A stretch of DNA of 59,990 nt from Acidimicrobiia bacterium (GTDB lineage: Bacteria > Actinomycetota > Acidimicrobiia > UBA2766). Location: positions 1-59,990 of the forward strand of contig JAIBAC010000003.1 in assembly GCA_019695375.1 (NCBI GenBank). The letters run 5' to 3'. Position numbers and translations under genes: made by a program. Below, in pieces: positions 27,449-36,597 of the stretch (positions are counted from its first letter, which is position 1; each line of letters opens with the position of its first letter). A model generated the notes under the pieces. The model searched no databases, had not been told where the DNA came from, and saw only the letters and a program-made list of their open reading frames with translations.

Positions 27449-28025
27449 CGGCAGTGGTGCGGATGCCGGTCTCCGGGTTCGTCACCTGGGAGCGGCGGGT
27501 CGCGGCCGCCTTCAGGGTCGCTGCAGCTGCCCTGTCGGCTCCCCAGAGCACCGTGAAGAGCAAAGACGGGACGCAAATCCTCGTCACAGCGACGAATGCG
27601 GCGGTCAGACCGAGGACGACGGCGAGCACCACGCCCAACGTCGTGAGCCCCGACACCATGGCGACTGCCGCACCACCGAGGAAGACCGTTCCGATCGCGC
27701 AGCCGAGCCTCTTGGCGGCCCGATTCGGCGGCATCTGGAGCCTGCCCCGATCCGCCGCGATCCGGTTGTAGACCCACTCGAATGGGTGGTTGCGTGCGAA
27801 CGTCCCGACCAGCGCGGTCACGGCGAAGACGCCCAGCAGCAGCGGCGAGGCCAGCGCGGCACCGGCCAGGCCGCCCACAGCGCACACTGCGGGACCTATG
27901 CGCTGTGCTCCGGTCACAGTGTCGGCGCAGGCTGCGTCGGCGCCGGTCCAGCCTTGGATGCGGGTGCGGCGCTGGGACCACGTCAGTGCGGGATCCCGCA
28001 GGAGAGCGATGGCGTCGTGGAGCAT
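27432..28025 (-). CDS. DUF4395-like membrane protein
   Basis: NHPFEWVY, PNRAAKRLGCAIG, C-terminal RICVPS; GAGGA RBS. Confidence 0.7.
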   Translation of the reverse strand: MLHDAIALLRDPALTWSQRRTRIQGWTGADAACADTVTGAQRIGPAVCAVGGLAGAALASPLLLGVFAVTALVGTFARNHPFEWVYNRIAADRGRLQMPPNRAAKRLGCAIGTVFLGGAAVAMVSGLTTLGVVLAVVLGLTAAFVAVTRICVPSLLFTVLWGADRAAAATLKAAATRRSQVTNPETGIRTTAATGDG

Positions 28026-28033
28026 CGTCGTCC

Positions 28034-28174
28034 TCAGAACACGGTCGCGGCCCCGCCGGCGACGACCTCGACGAGGTTGGCGGCGGTGATGCGGCACCAA
28101 GCTGGCACGCCCTCGCGGGCAGCGGGGTCGTCGGTTCGCACCTCGAGCACGCGGTCGGGGCTGCGCCCGGTCAT
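28034..28174 (-). CDS. Small TusA/SirA-like protein lacking the N-terminal CPxP region
   Basis: MTGRSPDRVLEVRTDDPAAREGVPAWCRITAANLVEVVAGGAATVF; ATGA overlap with upstream methyltransferase stop. Confidence 0.6.
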   Translation of the reverse strand: MTGRSPDRVLEVRTDDPAAREGVPAWCRITAANLVEVVAGGAATVF

Positions 28175-28950
28175 GGCCTGACAGCCCTGAACGTGTGGGC
28201 GTACACGTCGAAGGCCCGCGCGCGTGGCTCGCCCGCGGCACCGGCGAAGGTGTCGGTGCGGCGTCCGATGGAAAGGCGCTCGAAGCCTGCCGCACCTATA
28301 AGGTCCGCCCACTCGTCGACCGACAGCCCGCCTGCGATGCAGTCGGTCCACAGCTCGATGTCGCACTTCGCGGCTTCGGGCACTTCGCCGCCCACGGCGA
28401 TGTCGGCGAACTGCAGGATGCCGCCTCGGCGCAGCACCCGGGCAGCCTCGCCGAGGACTCCGGCCTTGTCGGCGACGAGGTTGAGCACACCGTTGCTGAT
28501 CACGACGTCGGCCCACCCGTCGTCGACGGGCACCTGTTCGAGGATCCCCTCGCGGAACTCGACGTTGTCGAGACCCAGCGCTGCGGCGACGCGGCGCGAG
28601 CGCTCGAGCATCGCGGGCGTCATGTCGACGCCGACGATCCGACCGCCGGCTCCGACGAGAGTCGCAGCGACGACGCAGTCGAAACCGCCGCCGGAGCCGA
28701 AGTCGACCACCCTCGCCCCCGCCGGTATCGACCCTGCCGCGAAGGGGTTGTCGACGCCCGCGAAGCTGGCGACGGCCTCCTCGGGCAGGGCGTCGAGGAC
28801 GTCCACGGGATAGCCGAGCAGCTCCGCGAGCTTGCGGCCGGTGTGGAAGTGGAACCTGCCCTCGGGATTGGTGGCCACCTCGGTGTATTTGTCCCGCACC
28901 TCGGCCCGCAGTGCGTCCGGGTCTACACCGGACACGGTGTTCGTCCCCAT
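28171..28950 (-). CDS. ArsM-like class I SAM methyltransferase
   Basis: DFGSGGGFD, GVDMT, ISNGVLNL, WTDCIAGG. Confidence 0.85.
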   Translation of the reverse strand: MGTNTVSGVDPDALRAEVRDKYTEVATNPEGRFHFHTGRKLAELLGYPVDVLDALPEEAVASFAGVDNPFAAGSIPAGARVVDFGSGGGFDCVVAATLVGAGGRIVGVDMTPAMLERSRRVAAALGLDNVEFREGILEQVPVDDGWADVVISNGVLNLVADKAGVLGEAARVLRRGGILQFADIAVGGEVPEAAKCDIELWTDCIAGGLSVDEWADLIGAAGFERLSIGRRTDTFAGAAGEPRARAFDVYAHTFRAVRP

Positions 28951-28965
28951 GAGCACCCCCTATTC

Positions 28966-28995
28966 CAAGTGTTCAAGCATTTGTCTGAACACTTG
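28966..28995. promoter_or_regulatory. Inverted repeat, probable ArsR-family operator
   Basis: CAAGTGTTCA-N10-TGAACACTTG between divergent genes. Confidence 0.7.
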
Positions 28996-29013
28996 AAGTG
29001 TCGGGTGCGGGAC

Positions 29014-29054
29014 CTAGCTTGTCAAGAGATCTTTTGAATTTTCGACAAGACTAG
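29014..29054. promoter_or_regulatory. Second imperfect inverted repeat in divergent promoter
   Basis: CTAG-CTTGTC...GACAAG-A-CTAG enclosing TCAA-N8-TTGA. Confidence 0.5.
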
Positions 29055-29094
29055 GTAGGGTCGAGGCCACGCAGCGGCACCCGGACAGAACACG

Positions 29095-29775
29095 ATGGCC
29101 GACAGGACTGCCAAAGACGCCCTCTACGACCGCCTCGCCGAGGTCGCCAAGGCACTCGGGCACGGCCGCCGCGCCGAGCTGGTGGACGTGCTGGCCCAGG
29201 GTGAGCGCTCGGTCGAGGTTCTCGCCGGCGAGATCGGCCAGACCACCGCCAACACCTCACACCACCTACAGGTGCTGGCGCGTGCGGGACTGGTGAGCAC
29301 TCGCCGCGATGGCAACCACGTCTTCTACCGGCTGCCGAGCGAGCGCGTCGCCGAGTTGTGGTCGGCGATGCGTGACGTCGCTGCGGCCCACGTCGCCGGA
29401 ATCGGCGACGAAGTGGTCGCCTATCTCGGACCCCGCGACGACATCCCCACCATCTCGCGCGACGAGCTCGCCACGGCCCTCGAGTCTGGACCAGGAGTCC
29501 TGGTCCTCGACGTGAGGCCACAGGCGGAGTACGAGGCGGGCCACATCCCCGGCGCCGTCCCCGTCGACCCGATGCACCTCGACGACCAGTTGAGCCGGAT
29601 CACCGACGACGCCGACGTGGTCGCCTACTGCCGTGGCCCGTACTGTGCGTTCGCGCACGACGCCGTCAGGGCACTCGGATCCCGTGGAATCACTGCGCGC
29701 CGTCTCGAGGACGGTTTCCCCGAGTGGCGGCGCGCCGGCCTACCCGTCGAGATCACCGCCGCGCCAGCCGGATAG
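29095..29775 (+). CDS. ArsR/SmtB regulator fused to rhodanese domain
   Basis: KALGHGRRAELVDVLAQGERSVE HTH; LDVRP..EYEAGHIPGA and YCRGPYC. Confidence 0.92.
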   Translation: MADRTAKDALYDRLAEVAKALGHGRRAELVDVLAQGERSVEVLAGEIGQTTANTSHHLQVLARAGLVSTRRDGNHVFYRLPSERVAELWSAMRDVAAAHVAGIGDEVVAYLGPRDDIPTISRDELATALESGPGVLVLDVRPQAEYEAGHIPGAVPVDPMHLDDQLSRITDDADVVAYCRGPYCAFAHDAVRALGSRGITARRLEDGFPEWRRAGLPVEITAAPAG

Positions 29776-29893
29776 TCGGCCCACTAGGAGAGACACCTGA
29801 CTGGAGGTCTGTGGTTTTGTGAGAGCCAGTTTGACATGCCGATTTCTGTCGTAACTAGGCGTTTCTGTCACAGGTGGTTTGTATCGTAGTGCC

Positions 29894-31060
29894 ATGGCCG
29901 AGTACGCCGAACTGCAGACACTCTTCGACACCCTCACACCAGCGCAGAAGACCGACCTCTACAACCAGATCGAAGGCCGCGAGTCATTCCTGCAAGCCTG
30001 CAAAGCCACCCTCCTCGCACCCATAGCGTCCACCGAGGAACACATCGCCGACGGCGCCCGCACCATCGCCGACTGGATCGCCACAACCGGCCGCCACCAC
30101 AGCAACCACGCCCACCAGATCGCCGACGTCGCCGAAGCCATGACCGAACTCCCCGCCATCTGGGCCCGATTCGCCGACGGCGAGCTGTCCTTCGACCAGA
30201 CCTACGAGCTCTCACGATTCGTCACCACCGAAACCGACACCCACTGGGCCGAACACGCACCCGCACTCTCAGCCAACGCCCTACGACGCCACGCCACCAA
30301 ACACCGGCCCAAAGACGACGACCCCGACCCCACCCCCAAACCCAACCGCGTCCACATCGAACACGACCACGACGGCCGCGGCGGACACATCTCAGCCCAC
30401 TTCGACACCACCTCCCTCGCCCGCATCGAAGCCGCCCTCACCCGCCAAGCAGACCGCTACAGCCCCGACCCCGACACCGCCGAACCCATCCCGCGACGCG
30501 AACGTCTCGCCCGAGCGCTCCACGACCTCGTCACTGCCGCCAAACCCTCCACATGGGCCGACCGCGCCACCATGGTCGTCCACACCACCCTCGACACCCT
30601 CGCCCGCCTCGAAGACACCGACGCCACCGTCGACCTGCCCTTCCCCGCCTGGATCAGCGCCGAACAAGCACGACACCTCGCCAACACCGCCCGGCTCGAA
30701 GTCAGCCTCGACGACCCCTGCGGACGCCCGATCGGCATCGGCCGCACCTCACGCAACTGGCCCCCACACGTGTACCGCCGCATCGCCGAACGCGATGGGA
30801 CATGCCGCTGGCCGGGGTGCAACAACACCATCGGCCTCCAGGTCCACCACGAACCACCCCTCCCCGAGGGCCCGACCGACACCGAACACGGCATCCTGCT
30901 CTGTGTCCACCACCACGACAACCGCACCACCAAAGGCTTCCGCATCAGCGGCAACCCCGAACACCAACTCCACTTCTACAGACCCGACGGCACCCCCATC
31001 GGCACCACCCGACCACCCCTACACCCCGACAACCAACACCTCTACGACAACCCCGACTAG
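29894..31060 (+). CDS. DUF222/13E12-repeat HNH endonuclease
   Basis: RDGTCRWPGC, QVHH, LLCVHHH; strongly C/A-rich coding strand typical of the family. Confidence 0.85.
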   Translation: MAEYAELQTLFDTLTPAQKTDLYNQIEGRESFLQACKATLLAPIASTEEHIADGARTIADWIATTGRHHSNHAHQIADVAEAMTELPAIWARFADGELSFDQTYELSRFVTTETDTHWAEHAPALSANALRRHATKHRPKDDDPDPTPKPNRVHIEHDHDGRGGHISAHFDTTSLARIEAALTRQADRYSPDPDTAEPIPRRERLARALHDLVTAAKPSTWADRATMVVHTTLDTLARLEDTDATVDLPFPAWISAEQARHLANTARLEVSLDDPCGRPIGIGRTSRNWPPHVYRRIAERDGTCRWPGCNNTIGLQVHHEPPLPEGPTDTEHGILLCVHHHDNRTTKGFRISGNPEHQLHFYRPDGTPIGTTRPPLHPDNQHLYDNPD

Positions 31061-31887
31061 GGGCGAAACGCCCTCAGCCGAGGCGATCGACTCGCAGTCC
31101 GGTGTCCGCGTGGTGTCGGCGTGGTGCAGCTGCCTGGCTGGGGTGACACCGAGCAGTAGTTGAAGACACCCATGAACCCGAGTTCGGCCGGCGTCAGCGC
31201 ATCGCCGGCCTTGTCGGTGCCGCTGATCGTGACGGTGTCGGCGTCGATGTCGCCGAGGGCGAAGCCCCACCCGAACGGCGGAGTGGCGGTGTCGAAGGTG
31301 AACGTCGTCGTCGACGGGGTGATGCCTACCGCGGTGCGGACGTTGAGATAGGGCTCGTCCTGGGACGACCCGAAGACCGCACCGAAGGGGGTCAGAGGTC
31401 CGAGGAACGACGACGCCCCCGACGGGATCGTCGGTGTCGTGCTGTCGGTGACGAAGCCTGCGAGTGGGAAGTTCACGGCACCGGGCAGAGTCGTCGTGCC
31501 GGTCCATGACGGGTTGGCGCCGCCGACGGTCCAGTCGGCGTAGGTGGAGGCCGGTGCCGCGTCGGCGGTGATCGCGGGGGCCGCGCTCGCCTCCTCCTCA
31601 GCAGGCGTGGCGGCCGAGGGGGAGGCCACTGCTGGGTCGGGCGCGGGATCGGGTGCCGGGCGCGGGTCCGCTTCGGGTTCGGGCTCCGCCTTCTGGTCCG
31701 GAGCTTCCACGGCCGGCTCGTCGGCGGCAGGTGCCTCCTCGGCGGTGCTCGCCGGATCCGCCTCCCCGACCGCCGGCACAGCATCGGACTGCGCCGCACG
31801 CGCGATCGGTCCCCATGCCAGGAAGGCCACCCCGACCAGCGCGACGAGCACGGCTGCAAGCGATACGCGAGAGGCTGGGGACTCCAT
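31057..31887 (-). CDS. Secreted Pro/Ala-rich surface protein, possibly C-terminally truncated
   Basis: Signal peptide (VSLAAVLVALVGVAFLAWGPIARA), PE/PA-rich linker, beta-rich domain, then an Arg-rich tail abutting the HNH stop. Confidence 0.6.
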   Translation of the reverse strand: MESPASRVSLAAVLVALVGVAFLAWGPIARAAQSDAVPAVGEADPASTAEEAPAADEPAVEAPDQKAEPEPEADPRPAPDPAPDPAVASPSAATPAEEEASAAPAITADAAPASTYADWTVGGANPSWTGTTTLPGAVNFPLAGFVTDSTTPTIPSGASSFLGPLTPFGAVFGSSQDEPYLNVRTAVGITPSTTTFTFDTATPPFGWGFALGDIDADTVTISGTDKAGDALTPAELGFMGVFNYCSVSPQPGSCTTPTPRGHRTASRSPRLRAFRP

Positions 31888-31981
31888 GCGGACCCTGGGT
31901 TCCGGGGGCAACTGAATCACAGCAGTGTAGGGACGCCGGCAGTCGTCGCCGACCACGGTCGGAGCCGATAATGGGCCCCTG

Positions 31982-32623
31982 ATGACACGGGACGACACCG
32001 AGGCCGCGGTCAGGCACTGGGACGACCGCTACCGCAGCACCTCCCCCGTCGACGTCTCGTGGTTCGAGGCGACGCCGCAGACGTCTCTGGAGCTCATCGA
32101 CGCCGTCGCTCCGCCGTCCCCGCGGTCGGTGGTCGACGTCGGCGGGGGTGCCGGCCGTCTCGTCGACCACCTCGTCGAGCGTGGCGACCGGGTGGCGGTC
32201 GTCGACATCTCGGCGGTCGCGATCGACGCGGCACGCGAGCGCATGTCGGCCGCGGGCGCCGACGTCGACGGCGTCGAGTGGATCGTCGCCGACGTGCGCG
32301 CCTGGGTGCCGCGGCGACGCTGGGACGTGTGGCACGACCGCGCGCTGTTGCACTTCCTCACCGGCCCCGGTGACGTCGACGCCTACCTCGACGTGATGCA
32401 CAGCGCCCTCGTCCCAGGCGGCGCGTTCGTGATCGGCGAGTTCGCCGAGGACGGGCCCACCCACTGCTCCGGCCTCGCCGTGCACCGCTACAGCGGGACC
32501 GAGATGCACACGCTGCTCGCGGACGCCGAGATCGTCGAGGAACGGCGGACCGTGCACGTGACGCCCAGCGGTGCCGGCCAGAGCTTCCGCTGGCTCGCAG
32601 GCAGGCTCGGCCGAGCCCGCTAG
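31982..32623 (+). CDS. Class I SAM methyltransferase
   Basis: VDVGGGAG, WDVWHDRALLHFL, CSGLAV. Confidence 0.88.
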   Translation: MTRDDTEAAVRHWDDRYRSTSPVDVSWFEATPQTSLELIDAVAPPSPRSVVDVGGGAGRLVDHLVERGDRVAVVDISAVAIDAARERMSAAGADVDGVEWIVADVRAWVPRRRWDVWHDRALLHFLTGPGDVDAYLDVMHSALVPGGAFVIGEFAEDGPTHCSGLAVHRYSGTEMHTLLADAEIVEERRTVHVTPSGAGQSFRWLAGRLGRAR

Positions 32624-32683
32624 TAATGAACGCTGGCGTACACTACTCTGCAGGGCAGCGTCCACTCCCCCCGGAGGACCCGG

Positions 32684-33349
32684 GTGCCCACGTCCACCGC
32701 GCCGCTGCCACGAGGCCCGCACAAGCTGACCCGTGAAGAGGTCGAGGCGTCCCAGCGCGAGCGCATCCTGATCGCGATGACCGAGGCCGTCGGCGCCAAG
32801 GGCTTCGCGAACACACTCGTCGCCGACGTCGTCCGCGGCGCCGGGGTGTCGCGGGCCACGTTCTACGCGCTCTTCCGCGACAAGGACGACTGCTTCGCCG
32901 CCGCGTACGCGTGGGCGGCGGCGGCCATGGCTTCGACGCTCGAGGCAGCCACGACGGCCGCGCCGAACGACAGCGGCGCCGGCGGCGACGACGCGTTCGA
33001 GCGCCTCCGCGCCGTGCTCCGCGCCTACCTCGCCTGGCTCGCCGCTGCGCCGGAGCTGGCGCGGACCTTCCTCGTCGAGGTGTACGCCGCCGGGTCCGAC
33101 GCGATCGAGCAGCGCCACGAGTCGCTGGGGCTGTTCGTGGACCTCGTCGCCGCGACCCTCGGCGACCGGCCGGGACCGTTCGGTGACAGCCCCGAGCAGC
33201 GCTTCGCCGTCGAGGCACTCGTGAGCGCCGTGAGCTCGATGGTCACCCACCTCGTCGGCACAGGGCAGGCGGACCGGCTGCCCGAGCTCGAGGAGCCGCT
33301 CATGGAGCTCGCACACCAACTCGACGGAACCACCACGACCACACCATGA
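32684..33349 (+). CDS. TetR family regulator
   Basis: SQRERILIAM..VVRGAGVSRATFYALF.DKDDCF. Confidence 0.9.
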   Translation: MPTSTAPLPRGPHKLTREEVEASQRERILIAMTEAVGAKGFANTLVADVVRGAGVSRATFYALFRDKDDCFAAAYAWAAAAMASTLEAATTAAPNDSGAGGDDAFERLRAVLRAYLAWLAAAPELARTFLVEVYAAGSDAIEQRHESLGLFVDLVAATLGDRPGPFGDSPEQRFAVEALVSAVSSMVTHLVGTGQADRLPELEEPLMELAHQLDGTTTTTP

Positions 33350-33362
33350 GGAGGAGATCGAC

Positions 33363-34250
33363 ATGGACACCTACGAGCACGCCGGCGTGACGGTCGCGTA
33401 CGAGCAATCGGGTAACGGGCCCGGAGTGCTGTTCCTGCACAACGGCGGCACGTCCCACACCATCTGGCGCAACCAGACCGCAGCGCTGTCGGACCGCTAC
33501 CGCACCGTCGCCGTCGACCTGCCGGGTTTCGGCGCGTCGCCACGGCCCGCCGCCGGGATCGACCTCGACGGCTACGTCGAGGTCGTATCCGCGTTGGTGC
33601 GCGACGTCATGACGGCACCGATCGTGATCGTCGGCAACTGCATGGGCAGCAACATCGCCACCGCGGTCGCGGCGCGAGAGCGCGACGCGGTCGCCGGCCT
33701 CGTGCTCGTGAACCCGCTCACCGAGGCGACATTCGCCGCCGGTGGCATCGGCGTGCTCCACACGATGAAGCGCTGGGCGCCGTGGCCGGCATCGGTGGTG
33801 CGCGGCGTCGCACGCAAGGTCGTGCCGCCGCGGATCGTGGCGGAGCTGACGCTGCGCATGCAGCTCGGCGCCGACGGCGTCGAACAGGGCCTGCACCACG
33901 ACGCCGACCTGATCGCGTGCAACCGCCGCCGCGACCAGCTCCCCGCGCTCGTGGACGTGCTCGACGACATGGACGCCTACGCGGCGCTCGACCACAAGGC
34001 GGCCGCCGACCTCGGCGTGCCTGTCTGCACGATCTACGGGGCACGCAACCGCATCCTCTCGACCCGCGTCGGACGTGACCTCGGCCGGCGGTTGGGATCC
34101 GCCAGCGAGGAGGTGCTCGGCGGCTGCGGTCACCTGCCGATGCTGGAGCAGCCCGCCCTCGTCACGCGCGAGATCGAGCAGTTCCTCGCCGAGCACCTGC
34201 CCGCCGCGGGCCCGGCCGAACCCGTGTCGCCGCGAGGAGGCGCCGAATGA
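33363..34250 (+). CDS. Alpha/beta hydrolase with Cys at nucleophile elbow
   Basis: LHNGGTS, VDLPGFG, GNCMG, GHLPMLE. Confidence 0.82.
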   Translation: MDTYEHAGVTVAYEQSGNGPGVLFLHNGGTSHTIWRNQTAALSDRYRTVAVDLPGFGASPRPAAGIDLDGYVEVVSALVRDVMTAPIVIVGNCMGSNIATAVAARERDAVAGLVLVNPLTEATFAAGGIGVLHTMKRWAPWPASVVRGVARKVVPPRIVAELTLRMQLGADGVEQGLHHDADLIACNRRRDQLPALVDVLDDMDAYAALDHKAAADLGVPVCTIYGARNRILSTRVGRDLGRRLGSASEEVLGGCGHLPMLEQPALVTREIEQFLAEHLPAAGPAEPVSPRGGAE

Positions 34251-35905
34251 ACGGCGGCCAGACCCTGCAAATCGCCGACGAGGTCCGCGAGATCGCACGC
34301 ACCGACCCCGACAGGGTGGCGCTCGTGCACGCCCACGAGTGGCCGATCGTCGGCCGCCGGTACCGGACCTACACGTACCGCGAGCTCAGCGACAAGGCCG
34401 AGGCGCTCGCAGTCGGCCTGCGCCGCATCGGCGTGGCCGAGGGCACGTTGTGCTCGTTCATGGTGCCGCCCTGTTTCGACGCCGTCGTCCTCGGTGTCGC
34501 CCTGTGGCGTGTCGGAGCGGTCATGGTCGGTATCGAGCCGCACAGCCACGGGCTGCGCCAGGTCGCGCGGTGCCTGCGCCGCGTCGGCCCCGAGGTGTTC
34601 TTCGGCACCCCGCAGGCCCACGCCGGGCGCCTCGCGTTCGGCTGGGGCCGCGGCAGCATCCGCACCAACGTCGTCGTCGCGCCCGTGGCACCGCCGGGCA
34701 TGCACACCCTCGACTCCCTCTGCGACCGCAGCGACGCCGACCCGGTCCCCGCCGACGTGTCACCCGCGGACCTCGCCGTCATCGCGTTCACGACGGGAAG
34801 CACCGGGCAGCCGAAGCCGACGGTGATGCGACACCGCAACCTCGCCGCGATGGTCGCGCTCGTGAAAGAGCAGTGGGGCTTCGACGACGGCCGCGAGGTC
34901 GTCGACATGCCGACGTTCCCGATGTTCTGGGTGATCGGCCTCTCGACCGGCGGCACGGTCGTCGTCCCGCCCATGGACTTCGCGCTCAAGGGCCCCGGCG
35001 ACGCCGATCCCGCGAAGCTGCTCGGGACCATCGAAGACCGCGGGGTGCGCTCGATGTTCGGCTCGCCGGCGCTGCTCGCGAACCTCTCCGAGTACGCGTC
35101 ATCCCACGGTGTCACGGCGCCGTCGCTGCGCCGCATCGTGTGCGGCGGCGCCGAGGTCCCCGGCCCCCTCTTCGCGGCCGTCAAGTCGATGCTCGGCCCC
35201 GACGGCGAGATGTACTCCGACTACGGCGCCACCGAGGCGCTGCCCGTCGCCGAGATCTCCGGCGACACCGTCCTCGGCGAGACGTGGAAGGCGACCGAGG
35301 ACGGCGCCGGCGTCTGCGTCGGCACGCCGCTGCCCGGTGTCGAGGTCCGGATCGTGGAGGTCGCCGACGACGCCATCGCGTCGTGGGACGACACCACCGA
35401 GCTGCCCGCCGGCGAGATCGGCGAGGTCGTGGCACGCAGCCCCCACATCAGCGAGGACTACTACCGCGCGCCCGAGTCGACGGCGGCGAACAAGATCCCC
35501 GACGCGGATGGCGTGTGGCACCGCCTCGGCGACACCGGCTACCTCGACGACATGGGCCGCCTCTGGGTGTGCGGGCGTGTGTCGCACCGCGTCGTCACCG
35601 ACGCCGGCGTCGTCTACCCGCTCTGCTGCGAACCGGTGTTCAACACCGTCGCCGGCGTGGCCCGCAGCGCCCTTGTCGGCGTCGACCACGGTGACGCGGC
35701 GGTGGCGACCCTCGTCGTCGAGCGCGACAGGGACTCCAGCGTCGCCGACGACGAACTGCGCTCTGACCTGCTCGCCGTCGCCGCCGACCACGAGGCCACC
35801 GCGCTCGTGCGCTCGGTCGTCTTCGTCGACAGGATCCCCGTCGACCGTCGCCACAACGCCAAGATCGACCGCCCGGCGCTGGCGCGCAGCGTCGCGCGCG
35901 GCTGA
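34247..35905 (+). CDS. ANL-superfamily AMP ligase, OleC-like
   Basis: FTTGSTGQPK, YGATEALP, HRLGDTG, CGRVSHRV, PVDRRHNAKIDR. Confidence 0.85.
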   Translation: MNGGQTLQIADEVREIARTDPDRVALVHAHEWPIVGRRYRTYTYRELSDKAEALAVGLRRIGVAEGTLCSFMVPPCFDAVVLGVALWRVGAVMVGIEPHSHGLRQVARCLRRVGPEVFFGTPQAHAGRLAFGWGRGSIRTNVVVAPVAPPGMHTLDSLCDRSDADPVPADVSPADLAVIAFTTGSTGQPKPTVMRHRNLAAMVALVKEQWGFDDGREVVDMPTFPMFWVIGLSTGGTVVVPPMDFALKGPGDADPAKLLGTIEDRGVRSMFGSPALLANLSEYASSHGVTAPSLRRIVCGGAEVPGPLFAAVKSMLGPDGEMYSDYGATEALPVAEISGDTVLGETWKATEDGAGVCVGTPLPGVEVRIVEVADDAIASWDDTTELPAGEIGEVVARSPHISEDYYRAPESTAANKIPDADGVWHRLGDTGYLDDMGRLWVCGRVSHRVVTDAGVVYPLCCEPVFNTVAGVARSALVGVDHGDAAVATLVVERDRDSSVADDELRSDLLAVAADHEATALVRSVVFVDRIPVDRRHNAKIDRPALARSVARG

Positions 35906-35921
35906 ACCGCGAGGTTCCGCC

Positions 35922-36557
35922 TCAGGGCACCTCGGCGAGACCGGCGACGTCGGCCCAGACCTCGCGCCCGACGCGGGCGGCGTCGGCGACGGTGAGGACG
36001 CTGCCGGCTGCGGTCGCGGTGTCGATGCGCTGCTCGAGGTGCGCACGACTGCAGTAGATGTCGGCGTTGGCGCAGAACTTGCCCATCAGGTCACCGGTCG
36101 CGGCCGCCTCGGGCAGCCACTGCGCGAGCTCGCCGGCCGGCACGGACTGCTCGGGCACACCGCCGCTGATCGCGACGGTCAGCCCGCGGCCGCAGGTCGG
36201 GCAGTCGGTCGCCGCGGTGGCGTCGAGGCCGAACGCGGCCGGGATCCCGATGCTGTCGAAGGCGCACCAGGTGTGGACCTTCACGTCGCCGTGGAAGATG
36301 GTGTGACGCGTATGCGACAGCGTGAAGCCGTGCACCCCGAACACGCGACCTGCGTCGTCGACCTCGGCGCGGCCCGCAGCGGCGAGCGACGCGAAGACCT
36401 CTTCGGCGACGACGGGGTCCTGCGGCCAGATCTCCCGCGGCGACAGCGAGCGTCCGCGCCAGAGAGCGTCGATGCCTGCGGCGACGACCGCCGTCTCGGC
36501 GACAGACAGGCCCGCCTGCAGCAGCCCGCGTCCGACACCGCAGCCCTGTTGTCCCAA
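35922..36557 (-). CDS. MerB-like organomercurial lyase family protein
   Basis: HTWCAFDS, DCPTCG, FCANADIYC; TTG start preceded by AGGAG. Confidence 0.75.
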   Translation of the reverse strand: MGQQGCGVGRGLLQAGLSVAETAVVAAGIDALWRGRSLSPREIWPQDPVVAEEVFASLAAAGRAEVDDAGRVFGVHGFTLSHTRHTIFHGDVKVHTWCAFDSIGIPAAFGLDATAATDCPTCGRGLTVAISGGVPEQSVPAGELAQWLPEAAATGDLMGKFCANADIYCSRAHLEQRIDTATAAGSVLTVADAARVGREVWADVAGLAEVP

Positions 36558-36597
36558 CGCCTTGCTCCTGGTGGGTGGTCGAGTGTCCGCGTGCGCG

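Noticed and set aside
28330-28350. Selenocysteine recoding in the ArsM-like protein
   Set aside because: The WTDC codon is TGC (Cys), with no in-frame TGA.
33363-35905. Complete oleABCD olefin pathway
   Set aside because: No oleA or oleD in the window, and the hydrolase lacks the OleB Asp nucleophile.
35922-36557. mer operon
   Set aside because: No merA, merR or transport genes nearby.
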